Part shown: positions 12,055-24,679 of the stretch, piece by piece
Layout: each line of letters begins with the position of its first letter
How positions within the stretch are numbered: the stretch's first letter is position 1
Assembly: GCA_951406725.2 (NCBI GenBank)
Contig: OX597837.1
Span: 37,200,001 to 37,264,000 of the forward strand
DNA: 64,000 nucleotides
Reading direction: 5' to 3'
Source of the DNA: Octopus vulgaris
Taxonomy: Eukaryota
Translations under genes and position numbers: made by a program
Notes under the pieces: model-generated
What the model saw: the letters and a program-made list of their open reading frames with translations, nothing else
Databases searched by the model: none
Told to the model about the DNA's origin: nothing

Positions 12055-13223
12055 TACGAAGGCAGTGATCTGGTAGAAATGTTAGCCCAACAGAATGTTT
12101 AGTGTGATTTCATCTGCCTTTTCTTTCTGAACTCAAATTCTGCCGAGGTAGACTTTGCCGTTCATCCTTTCAGGGTTCATAAAATAAGTCAAATACTGGG
12201 GCTCTATGTAAATGACTGCCCACCCCCTCAAAACCTGCTTACCTTGCACAAAATTTGAAACCATTACTATTATTATTAAGGTAAGGTGGTGAGCTGATTG
12301 AATCATTAGCACACTTAATGAAACGCTTAGTGGTACTTTGCTCGTCTCTACATTCTGAGTTCAAATTCCACCAAGGTCAACTTTGCCTTTCATCCTTTCG
12401 GGGTTGATAAATTATATTAAGGTCGATAAATTATATTGACCCCAGTGAAAAACTTGGGTTGATATAATCAATTGGTCCCCTACCCCCAAATTTCTGGCCT
12501 TGTGCCTTCAGTAGAAAGGATTATTATTATTATTGAGAGTGGCAAGCTGGCAGAAATGTTAGCACGCCGGGCGAAATGCTTAGTGGTATTTCGTCTGCTG
12601 CTATGTTCTGAGTTCAAATTCCACAAGCTTCTTACCACGCAGTTACCGCTGCACCTATATATAGTTTCCAATGGCTGATGATTAGCAACACACTTTGAAA
12701 CTCGAAGTACCACAGAATTTGAATCAAACTGTTTTGATTCATCCATCTATGCATACACACACACACATATATATATTTATACACACACGTATATTCATAC
12801 ACACACACACACAATAGGCTTCTTTCAATTTCCATCTAGCAGATTCTCTCATAAGGCTTTGATCTGTCTGGAGTTATAGTAGAAGACACCTGCACATGGT
12901 GCTGTTTAGTGGGACTGAACCCAAGACCACATGGTTGAGAAGCAAGCTTTTTAACCACACTGGCACCTGTGCACATATTATTTTCATGAGTTTATACTTT
13001 GTGTATTAAACACACAAAATATAAAACAGTTTATTTAAACTTCTGCAGAATTTTTGTATATAGTCACAGGTGTGGCTGTGTGGTAAGAAGTTGGTTTCCC
13101 AACCACATGGTTCCGGGTTCAATCCCACTGAATGGCACTTTGAACAAGTGTCTTCTACATAGCCTCGGGCCGACCAAAACCTTTTTAGTGGATTTGGTAG
13201 ACGGAAACTGAAAAAAGCCTGTC

Positions 13224-13277
<54 letters not shown>

Positions 13278-15628
13278 TCCCTACCACTGATTGACAGCTG
13301 GTGTTGGTGTGTTTACATACCCTGCAACTTAGCAGTTCAGCAGTAGTAATTGATAGAATAAATACCAGGCTTTAAAAAAGAAAGAAGGAAAAGGACTGGG
13401 GTTGATTTATTGGACTAAAAAATTCTTCAAGGCAGTGCCCCAGCATGGCCACAGCCTGAAGACTGAAACAAGTAAATGAAAATAATAAAAGGTATATGCT
13501 CAGGTTTGTGCTTTACTCTCTTCAAAACATCATTTCAGAGTCGATAAACTAAGTACCAGTTGCATACTGGGGTCAATCTAATCGACTGGCCCCTCCCACC
13601 AAAATTTCAGGCCTTGTGCCTAGAGTAGAAAAAAAACCATATAGAATATATTGTATGAGAGAAAATGATAGGGAGTGTATATAGTCATAAATGACAGAAA
13701 TATTTAAATGAATCTTTAACGATAGAAAATCCAGATATCACGAAAAATTTGTTTCATAGCATAAAAAACATGCAAATGACTTATATTACCAAATTTAGTG
13801 ATAAAAATTGTATTAGTGCTGATATGTAAGGAATTTGCTTATCATTGAATATGATAATATAAGGTATTTACGTGTTTTTTGAGTTATGAAACAAATTTGT
13901 TGTGACATTTGGGTTTTTTTATCGTTCTTGCAAAGACTTGAGGCAAGTGAAATCAAAATCAAAATCACTGACGTGGCTGATGACAGTACTTATTTCTTTA
14001 TTGCCCACAAGGGGCTAAACATAGAGTGGACAAACAAGGACGGACAAAGGGATTAAGTCAATTACATCGTCCCCAGTGAGTAACTGGTACTTAATTTATC
14101 GACCCCGAAAGAAATGAAAGGCAAAGTCGACCTCGCCGGAATTTGAACTCAGAACGTAGCGGCAGACAAAAAACCGCTAAGCATTTTGCCTGGCATGCTA
14201 ACGTTTCTGCCAGCTCGCCGCCTGATGATAGTACTGTCTGATTGGCACACGTGCCAGTGGAACCGTAAAAGCACCATCCGAGCGTGATCGTTGCCAGGAC
14301 TGCTGACTGGCTCCTATGCCGGTGGTAGGTAAAAAGCACTATTCGAGCGTGATCGTTGCCAGTGTTGCCTTACTGGCACATGTGCCTGTTACACACGAAA
14401 AACACCTTTTGAGCGTGGTTGTTGCCAGTACTGCCTGACTGGCCCTCGTGCTGGTGACACATAAAAGCACCCACTACACTCTCGGAGTGGTTGGTGTTAG
14501 GAAGGGCATCCAGCAGTAGAAACTCTGCCAGATCAGATTGGAGCCTGGTGTAGCCTTCTGGCTTGCCACCCCTCAGTCAAACCGTCCAACCCATGCCAGC
14601 ATGGAAAGTAGACATCAAGTGATGACGATGATGACGAAATACAGATTCATCCAAATATTTCTTTGTAGTTTATGATTTATGCTGTAAGAAGCTTATTTCC
14701 AATCACTTGGTTCCGGGTTCAGTCCCACTGCGTGGCACCTTAGGCAAATGTCTTCTTCTCTAGCCTCAGTCTAACCAAAGTCGTGCGAGTGGATTTGGTT
14801 GACGGAAACTGAAAGAAGCCTGTTGTGTATATATGATGAACCCAAAACCCTCATAACTTTTTTTTATTTTTTGGATATCTCAGAAAATTTTTACAAATTT
14901 GCATTCTGCACATGGGAATTCATACAATTATGCAAAAAGATGGTGTGTAATTTAAGGCCTATTTAGCTGTTATTTTTAGCACATCTCATGACCACCTCAT
15001 ACCTTATTTGTTTTAAGCATTTAATAAGCGAAAAGTGACCATGTGGGTAAGTAGCTCTGTAACAGCTTGGTTTGTTACTATGGAAACAGGCAGCTATGTA
15101 TCTGTGGTTTTCGACAGGTTAAAATTACTCAGAATTTGCAAACTTTAAAAGTTATCAACTCTTTATTGATTTATGGCGAAAATGATTTCCTGTCAATGAT
15201 CACCATGCACAACTACATCAACACATCAAATATGAAATCAATTGGAACAAAAACTGAAGAAATTGAAAAGTGACGGCTAAATAAGAAAAAAATCCCAGTC
15301 GACTAGTTTGTAGAATGCAGTCAGGACATGAAGAGAATTAGGGAAACTGCCGTGCAATAAAATTTTGTGTTAAACTGAGCAGAAACGTTGCAGCAACTGA
15401 TGAAATGCTCCAGCCTGGTCATGGATTAATTCTTTCACTGGATGGTAGAGGGGTGGTGAGAGACGATGTGAGAGGGAGTGGGATATCAGAACATCAGAGC
15501 TGGTTGAGGAAATTTGCAATTTTTGCTAATAAAGACTGTTCTGTTACTAACAGGATATCAGCTTTTGCTGTAAAACATCAATATCATCATTATCATCGTT
15601 TAGCATCCGCTTTCCATGGTAGCATGGG

Positions 15629-15668
<40 letters not shown>

Positions 15669-17146
15669 ACCCATACATTATTGACCTTGTGCCCAGACAT
15701 TAATGATTTGATAGACATGAGCATGTGATAACATCTGTTGTTGACTGCCTGTCTATATAGATTTTTGTCATTGATAAAATTTGTGCAACCAAGCATAAAA
15801 AGAAAGACCTAATTTTAAGCATGATGTCTTAGTCTCAATTTCTCCCATGCAGTTGGCCTATTTGAACAAACAGAAAGATGTCTCCAATGATCCCAGCTTT
15901 GAGCAGGGTCATCTGCCTCTTCCCAGCTGAGGCTAATATTTCTCAGATCTCCTTTAACCCTTTCGTTACCAACCTGGCCAAAACCACCTCTAGCTCTGTA
16001 GTACAAATGTCTTGTTTACATAAGTTTTGAATTAAAATCTTCCACCAAACCTTAGTCACAATTTATGTTCCTAACACTAGCTTAATGATAACTAAGTTAT
16101 TTTACTAAATTCTTTGTTATATTTAAAATTAATTGAAAGAAACACAGAGCATCTCAACAGAAATATGGTAACAAAAGGGTTAATCTTTTTCACTCTGTGG
16201 AATTTCCACAGGTCCCATTAGTATTGATGTTGAAGATATGAATAAAATATGAATAAAATCATTCTTTCTTAAACAGCTTCTCTCAACCCATTTGATACCA
16301 ACTTGGCTGAAACCAGTTCTGGCTCTGTAGTACAAATGTCTTGTTTTCATAAGTTCTGAATTAAAATCTTCCACCAAACCTTGGTCACAATATCAGGTGT
16401 TGCTACACATCGCTGGTCACAATGTGCTTTGCATTGTTTTATATTTAAAATAATTGAAAGAAACACAGAACATCTCAAAATAAATACAGTAACGAAAGGG
16501 TTAAAAGCTGCACACCATGTCTTCTTAGGCCTATCTCTTTCTTCATCCCTCTGGTACTTCCCATTAGCATACTTGCCTGCCTCTTCCCAGGGCCATTGCG
16601 CCTCCACATACATATATATATATATATTAACAGAGCATAGGTGCAAAGCAGTGTTTAGGTGTGAGCAGAATTTAGGTTACCTGAAATATGTTTGTTACAT
16701 ATTTCAACTGCTAAAGGCAAATACACTGCAGTTACTGTGAAGAAAAAGTCTCTCCCATGGTAAAAAAAAGGTGTGAAAACACCCAGTTTGTTCAGTGTTG
16801 CCATCTCTGGGGAACCTCAGACATTGATGTTTCGAGTTTTTTGGCTCTTGTCAATGAGACGTACCTAAGAGAGGCAACTCTGAATGAATTTAATGAACTT
16901 AATGTGTTAACTGATTTAGATTTATATATAATTCAGTCAACAATTGTTCTGTTAATTAATTTGAACATATTTCAACTAAACTGAATTCTGCACATATATA
17001 TTATGTATAAAATAGGTTTTTGTTTTACATAGATTCTTTGTACACTAATGGATTTCCTTATGTGTGTCTAGTAAAAGGAGTTTTCCTGCTGTGTGTTAGC
17101 GTTGCATTTAATGATTGTGTAAAGAAAAAGGCTTGGAGATGCCATT

Positions 17147-17330
17147 AGGAAAGACTGCTGAATGTGGAGAATGAATGGGAGGAGGAGAGTCTGCCAAAGG
17201 TTGACCCAATTGAGGGACCAGCTACCTGAATCAACAGTACCCTGGTAGATAAAGCAACTAATGATATGAAGACAGGGAAAGCACCTGGTCCATCAGGAAT
17301 CACCACTGAGATGCTTAAAATATCAGGTGT
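17147..17330 (+). mobile_element. RTE-clade LINE fragment (pre-RT region)
   Basis: Translates ERLLNVENEWEEESLPKVDPIEGP...[21 protein letters not shown]. Confidence 0.75.
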
Positions 17331-17696
17331 GTTGGAGAATACTCTCTCAAAGCACCAGGTGTTAAAACACCTGAATGTCATGGACAGATGAAACAACTCA
17401 CCTCTAATCCCATCTTGACTTACCAACATCACATACCTGATCAGGGTTGTTATTTTGCATATAACACGGGTACAACACCACTCTTTCTCTCTCTCTCTCT
17501 CTCTCCTCTTCTTTCTCCCTCTTCTGCATTCCTTTTCACTTCCCCCTCTCCTCAATTCTTTTTCTCTGTCTGTTTGTCTGTACCTCTCCACCACTTATTT
17601 CCCTCTCTCTCTTGCCTCCTCAACTTCCTCTCCCTCTCTCCCCATCTGTCTGTTTCTCTATCTATCTATCTATCTACCTACCTACCTATCTATCTA

Positions 17697-17740
<44 letters not shown>

Positions 17741-17753
17741 CCTACCTATCTAC

Positions 17754-17803
<50 letters not shown>

Positions 17804-18384
17804 CTCTTTCTTTCTTCAAAGTTCTCAAACAAAAGAGCGTTACAATGTACATAAAAAATAAAAGAATTTGGAAAAACCCTAACAAATAATCACAAGGTTT
17901 TATGTCTTTCTTCTGGTTGAATGATTGATTAACTCTTTCGTTGCTGTTTGCAAACAAGCAAACCTGATACGAAGACAAAGAAGATATATATATATATATA
18001 CATATATACTTTTGTGTCTGGGGAGAGTCATTTTCTCTTTGTGCCTTAGGATGTAACACACTCACCGGTAAAATTTCCACTTTTTTCTTATATTTATTTT
18101 CCTAAAATTTTTGTTGCATTTTGCAACCTTTTCAATAGTCTGACTCATATAAAGTATCTTGCAAACCAAATCCAAAAACGAAATATATATATATATATAT
18201 ACATGAGGGAATATCCAATAGACATGTGAATTTTGCAGTATTATTCTATTCTCAGAATTTTACATGTTTAGTTCCGGCTTCTTTTGGGTACCATCACCTC
18301 TTGGTTTTCAATTACACACACACACACACACACACAAAGTATGGGGGTTGAATTAACAGGTGATCTAAACGATTAAGTACGCTA

Positions 18385-18790
18385 GGCACAGGAGTGACTG
18401 TGTGGTAAGTAGCTTGCTTACCAACCACATGGTTCCGGGTTCAGTCCCACTGCGTGGCATCTTGGGCAAGTGTCTTCTACTATAGCCTCGGGCTGACCAA
18501 AGCCTTGCGAGTGGATTTGGTAGACAGAAACTGAAAGAAGCCCGTCGTATATATGTATATATATATATGTGTGTGTGAGTTTGTGTGTTTGTGTTTGTCC
18601 CCCCAACATCGCTTGACAACCGATGGTGGTGTGTTTACGTCCCTGTAACTTAGCGGTTTGGCAAAAGAGACCGATAGAATAAGTACTAGGCTTACAAAGA
18701 ATAAGTCCTGGGGGCGATTTGCTCGACTAAAGGCAGTGCTCCAGCATGGCCGCAGTCAAATGACTGAAACAAGTAAAAGAGTAAAAGAGA
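18385..18790 (+). mobile_element. tRNA-derived SINE family A, representative near full-length copy
   Basis: Head GGAGTGGCTGTGTGG (A box)...GGTTCAGTCCC (B box), internal (TA/TG)n, tail ...GACTGAAACAAGTAAAAGAGTAAAAGAG. Other copies or parts, approximate: 1155-1697(-), 3873-4300(-), 7238-7402, 9763-10157(-), 10214-10810, 13068-13480, 24476-24904, 25311-25710(-), 32667-33250, 35545-36128, 40775-41176, 42426-42848(-), 44914-45664, 46367-46745, 47945-48180(-), 63834-64000(-). Confidence 0.9.
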
Positions 18791-19001
18791 AGGTAAGTGC
18801 TGTAATGGATTACTGTGGCTCCGAGGTTATAGCCGGAACGGTTGTTATGGAGCCATTGCAGATTTCAGATTTCCGATACAGCGGATATATAATCGTTAAA
18901 CAGGACAGTAGGCATTAAGGCAAGGCAAACATAATAATATTGTATACTACTTGAGATGTTTGCCTCTCCTTAGTGTTTACTGTCCTGTTTAATGATTATA
19001 C

Positions 19002-20176
19002 ATATATATATAAAACTGAGAATGTCTGTCTGTCTGTGTGTTTCCCTAAAACTTAAGAACTGCTCAACCAATTTCATTCAAATTTTACATATGCCTTACT
19101 TAGGGTCTGGGGAGTGTCATCGGCAAAAACAATTTTGAACTTTTTGCCTAGGGCGAACCCAGAGCAATATCATATCTTCTCCAGTACAATTCCCTAAAAC
19201 TTGAGAACTACACAACCAATTCCATTCAAATTTTACACATGCCTTACTTAGGGTCCATGTAGTTTCATGAGCAAAAAATAAATGTTAAACTTCTTGCCTA
19301 GAGCGAGCCCATAGCAATATCATATCTTCTCCACTATTTCAGTATTACGTGTTAAAAGTGAAACAAAAACATTTCTCTATTTTATGTCAGATACTTTCAC
19401 TTTAACAATAAAAATAATAATAACAATTGAATTATATGTAGTAAGTAATAATTAAAACCAAACTTAAGTATAATATAATCGTAACATAACAAAAGTAAAA
19501 ATAGCAATTGGTATAAAATTGCATCAATGACTTGAACTTGAATAAGTGGTTTCACATGAATGGGAATAAATTAAAAATAAAATTAGCGTGCAGAAATGGA
19601 ATAGTCCAGATAGATAATAAAAAATTAAATTAAAAAAAAGACTATTGTCTATAAAGTATACAATGTAGAGAAAAAAAAGATTTGAACACCTGGAGGAAAG
19701 CACCTTCGAAAAGTGTCTTGGTGCGATTATGAAAGGTATCTAATCAGAGGCGGTAAATTCGCCACAATAGAAGCAAGGTTCGAGTCAACGGAGCATGCAA
19801 GGGAGTACTCGACTCGAACTTGCAAAGTGGAAATATTTTATTTTTACCTTTATATCTGGGATGTAGGACGTCCCGGAAAAAAATTAAAAATCACCCCCCC
19901 ACCCGAAGTTGAGGTAGGCTGGATTGTAGCCACACTTCTATACAAGAGGGGGGACAAGATACAATTGATCGAAATTACAAGAGACGGGCTAACAATTCCA
20001 GTCTGTTATATATTTTGAGTATTGTTATCACTAGCGATATCAAGATATAACTTTGTATTTTGTATTTTATGTGTAGATGTATATATATAGATGTACATGT
20101 AATATGTACACATATATATACACATATATACATGCACTAGCACTATGACCCGGCAACGACGGGTCTTTAATGCTAG
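19002..20176 (+). mobile_element. Longer non-autonomous Helitron with internal duplication and cargo
   Basis: 5' tatataaaactgagaatgtctgtctg; 3' hairpin GACCCGGCAACGACGGGTC then CTAG|T, shared with the 22214 element. Direct duplication 19042-19185 / 19190-19336. Confidence 0.7.
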
Positions 20177-20227
20177 TATATATATATGTATGTATGTATG
20201 TATGTATATACTATTACAATACAACAA

Positions 20228-20816
20228 TAGGATCTTTTCGCTCTGACTGGCAGATTTTTCAAATAGTTTCTTTGTAACTAAACACTTTTAAGCTTCGTAT
20301 ACTGGTAGAATGTGTTACATAAAACATCTTTTTCTCTTGGCTTTCTTGAGAAAATTCTGTAGTTTGTAAGCTATTTGTTATTTAATCTCTTGCATTTTGG
20401 CAATTTCAACTAATCAATGACGTCTATTGAGGTGAATACAATTTCTGCCGTATTTTGTCAACAACAATTATTTGTGGTGTCATATGAATTTGTCACTGTT
20501 AATTATGAGAAAAAAGATACCCTAAGGCCATAAACTGAGGGGTCACTCGTAAACAGAGCTGGATAACAAAACCGTTCCCTCTTTAGTGTCCACCCATAAT
20601 TATGACCCTAGTATCGATCTATTGCATTTCAATCTGTTTTAGGGTTAGGGTTAGGGTTAGGGGTGGGGGAAGGGTATAATTTTTTCTTCAGAAAAGTAAA
20701 TAAACCCAATCTGTTTCTTAAACGAATGCAGAAAATGTTACGGCAGAAATTGTATTCACCTCAATAGATGTCATTGATTGGTTGAAATTGCCGAAATGCA
20801 AGAAATTAAACAACAA
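20228..20816. mobile_element. Foldback/MITE-like element with long inverted arms and internal TTAGGG tract
   Basis: 20375-20450 is the reverse complement of 20741-20816; (TTAGGG)4 at 20639-20662. A related left arm lies at 21243-21442. Confidence 0.65.
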
Positions 20817-21593
20817 GAATATGAAAAGACCTTTCATAATAACCCAGACGTAGCCGAGCTATTTGTGCTGCACATATTAAATTATAGACAGAAGACATTG
20901 TCCAAACCTCTCACCTGCGACTATTGTCCAGAGTTGCATTACGTGATTCACACAATGCTGATTATACTCTCTAATTACATAATATCAATGCCACCTGTAT
21001 AAAATTGTCAGGTGTTAATCATAAGACTACTTCCTACTGCTGGCTTTCTTTTATTTCCAATTTGGAATTTCCTCTAACTCTCTACTATTTGTACTTTATT
21101 ATATAATCTCTTCTTTTTTGAATGCCTTAATGATAAGTAATACGCTACTACTACTACTACTACTACTACAAAGTATTTCCTCTCCAGGCAAGCATGTCCT
21201 AATATTACAAACAGTTTCTATAAACCCATATAAACATATTTGGGATCTTTACCTTTTGACCGACAGATTAGAAAAATAATTTTTTGTACCTAAATACTTT
21301 CAGACTTTGGACACTGGTAGAATGTGTCATATAAAACATCTTTTACTCTTAAAGTTGTTGAGAAAAGTTTCTATTTTCAAAGTTATTTCATGTTAAAGTT
21401 GTCGTATTTTGGTAATTTCAACCAATCAATGACGTGTATTCAGCTGTATCTTAGTATAAGGATTACTTTCTCAGTGGAATTGGAAAAGAACTGGCTAGGG
21501 TGTGCAGGCTGCTATTTAATCACTTTAAAATTTCAAACAGCTCCATGCAGTAAAGCCTGCACCTATACCTGTGGTTTGAGTATGGTTTAGCGG

Positions 21594-22144
21594 CCCTAAT
21601 GATGTCCTGGTGAGACCCATATTGGAGTATGGAATTCAAGCCTCTTCTCCTTATCTCCTCAAAGACATACAGCATCTCGAAAGAGTCCAGAAGCTGGCTA
21701 CCCGCATGGTTCATGGTCTCAAAAATTTGTCCTACGAAGAAAGGCTGAGGACGCTCGACCTTTATTCTCTTGAAAAACGCCGCCGCCGTGGTGATCTCAT
21801 TCTCGCCCACAACATCATAAGCGGAAAGTGTAACCTCTCGAAAGAGCTGTTCTTCACTCCTGCTCCAGAGCATCGGCTGCGGGGTCATTCCGAAAAGCTC
21901 TACCTGCGACGATTTCATCTCAATCGAAGGAGAGGAGCTTTCTCCGTCTGGGTTGCGGATCCATGGAACAAGCTGCCAGACGAGATGGTGAAGATGCCGA
22001 CGACCGCTTTGTTCAAAGCCTCCCTTGACCTCAAGTGGCCTGAACTCTTTACATGAACACCACCCTGTACTTAACTCCATGTCCCCCTACATGGCCTTGC
22101 TATTTGCTTTTGAGCCAAATTAACTAACTAACTAACTAACCAAC
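21594..22144 (+). mobile_element. CR1/L2-group LINE 3' end, 5'-truncated
   Basis: VRPILEYG...LERVQKLATRMV..L..LSYEERL..LDLYSLEKRRRRGDLI...WNKLP, then short 3' UTR and (TAAC)n tail at 22121-22144. Confidence 0.9.
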
Positions 22145-22213
22145 TCAAATCAAATTTAACATTGTCATTCATGAGTTCCCAAATTTTAAAGAGATCAAAT
22201 AATGAAAATCTAA

Positions 22214-22573
22214 TCTCTATATAAACGACAAAATGTCTGTGTGTGTGTCCTTTATACAAATCCACAATTTTTCAGTTAAAGGGCTCGCACTTTCTATGGT
22301 CATTTAAAACCATCCAAGGGTGGTCGTGCACATCTTTACATTTCCCCAGTCACCCAGCAAAGCCATTAAAAAGTCAATAGAAATTACTTTTTTGTGAATT
22401 TTCTATCCAAAACCCAATCAAAATGCCCGAAACTTGATATGCCAATTGAATGCCAGCAAGCTGTATGTGATTGGTCGGAGATTTGGACAGTACTCGCGTG
22501 TATGTGCGCACGCATGCAGATGTATATGCATGCACTAGCAGTATGACCCGGCGTTGCCAGGTCATAGCGCTAG
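22214..22573 (+). mobile_element. Non-autonomous Helitron
   Basis: A|TC 5' end, subterminal hairpin GACCCGGCGTTGCCAGGTC, CTAG|T 3' end. Second copy at about 47153-47484. Confidence 0.8.
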
Positions 22574-23506
22574 TAAATAATAAATGAGACGTTTCCTGTA
22601 TACATAAGGCTACACGCACCTTTAAATATTTTAAGGACATTAAACAAGCTCGGTAATAGCTCTGATCAAATTTACTCCCTCTATTGTTGACCCAAAATGG
22701 TACATTGATTACGAGGAATTAGAACCGTGTTTCGTGGTCTGCTACCACAACAGCTCCTTTATAGGATCCAGATAGCTCAAGACATCATCAGGAGAAACCA
22801 CGTCCGGTTTCGGCCCCTACTCCTTTAAATAAAAATTGGGATGGTCATGTGTTTGGAATGTCTTTGATCATCATCAACACCATTTAATGTGTGTTTTCCA
22901 TGCTGGCATGGGTTGGGCAGTTTGACAGGAACTGATGGGCCAGAGGACTGCACCAAACTCCAAAGTCCGCTTTGGCATTGTTTCTACAGCCGGATGCCCT
23001 TCCTAAATGCCGACCACTTCACAGAGTGGACTGAAGTGCTTTTTTTTCCTCATACCTATTTCTTTACTACCCACAAGGGGCTAAACACAGAGAGGACAAA
23101 CAAGGACAGACAAACGGATTAAGTCGATTAGATCGACCCCAGTGCGTAACTGGTACTTATTTAATCGACCCCGAAAGGATGAAAGGCAAAGTCGACCTCG
23201 GCGGGATTTGAACTCAGAACGTAGCGATAGACGAAATACGGCTACGCATTTCGCCCGGTGTGCTAACGTTTCTGCCAGCCCACCGCCTTTTTTTCTCATA
23301 CCACCGATACCAGTGAGATCACCAAGTAATAATATCAGGCGGGGCTTGGGGTAAAACAAGAAGAAAAAAACAAAACAAAACAATTCAAAAACACAAAACA
23401 ACAAACAAACAAAATAGAAAAGTAAGATTTTAAAAAAATTAACTCAGAAATACATATATTTCATTAAAAATTTATTTATAAATTATAATAAAATTATCTG
23501 ATAGTA

Positions 23507-23785
23507 ACGATGATGATGATGATGATGATGATTGTAGTAGTGGTGGTAACGATGGTGATGATAGTGATGGGGGTGTTTTGTCGTGGTGGCTATAGCGGTA
23601 ATGATGATTATGATGATGATGATGATGATAATAACAATGGTGATGGTGGTGGCAGCAGTGGTGGTGGCAAGTGTGGTAGTGGTGATAGCAATGGTGGTGG
23701 TAGTGGTGGTAGTGGTGGCAGTGGTGATAGCAGTGGTGGTGGTGGTGGTGGTGGTGGTGGTGGTGGTGGTGGTGATAATGACGAT
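23507..23785. repeat. (GAT)n/(GGT)n compound microsatellite
   Basis: Direct reading. Confidence 0.93.
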
Positions 23786-23879
23786 AATACAAAATGTCTG
23801 AATAAGGGACAGGATGGTCAAAGGTGGAACAATTTTGGCCAATGGCTAGCATGGTCAGGAATGACCTGGGGACAAACCC

Positions 23880-24475
23880 ATGATGTGGGACACACTGAGT
23901 AGTGTAGTCCTAGATGCACAATGTCTAAATAAATAGCAGACTAGCGATGGCTAGAATGTTCTTGATCCAAGGTCTATGGGGTCATAGTTTGAACTAGGGA
24001 CTAAACAACAACAAAGAAACACACATTGGATAATATAGTCCTAGATACACTGTGCCTGAATATAAGATGAGATGGTCATATCTGGAACGTCTTTAATCAC
24101 GGGCCAGCTGGATCAGGATTGGTCTGGAGTTAATCAATGTCAACAAAGAAATAAACATTGGATAATGTGGTCCTAGATACACTGTGCCTGAATATAAGAT
24201 GAGATGGTCATAACTGGAGTGTCTTTAATCATGGGCCAACTGGATCAGGATTGGTCTGGAGTTAATCGATGTCAACAAAGAAACACACATTGGATAATGT
24301 GGTCCTAGATATACTGTGCCTGAATATAAGATGGGATGGTCATATCTGGAACGTCTTTAATCACGGGCCAGCTGGATCAGGATTGGTCTGGAGTTAATCG
24401 ATGTCAACAAAGAAATAAACATCAGATAATGTGGTTCTAGATATACTATGCCTGAATATAAGATGGGATGGTCAT
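23880..24475 (+). repeat. 132-bp tandem repeat (about 4.5 units), interrupted by SINE A and resuming at 24905-24965
   Basis: Unit starts CAACAAAGAAA at 24009, 24141, 24273, 24405 (period 132). Confidence 0.9.
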
Positions 24476-24645
24476 AGGAGTGGCTGTGTGGTAAGTAGCT
24501 TGCTAACCAACCACATGGTTCCGGGTTCAGTCCCACTGCATGGCATCTTGGGCAAGTGTCTTCTGCTATAGCCCCGGGCCGACCAATACCTTGTGAGTGA
24601 ATTTGGTAGACGGAAACTGAAAGAAGCCTGTCATATATATGTATG

Positions 24646-24679
<34 letters not shown>

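Noticed and set aside
24009-24475. CRISPR-like array
   Set aside because: Whole units are repeated with no unique spacers; eukaryotic context and no cas genes.
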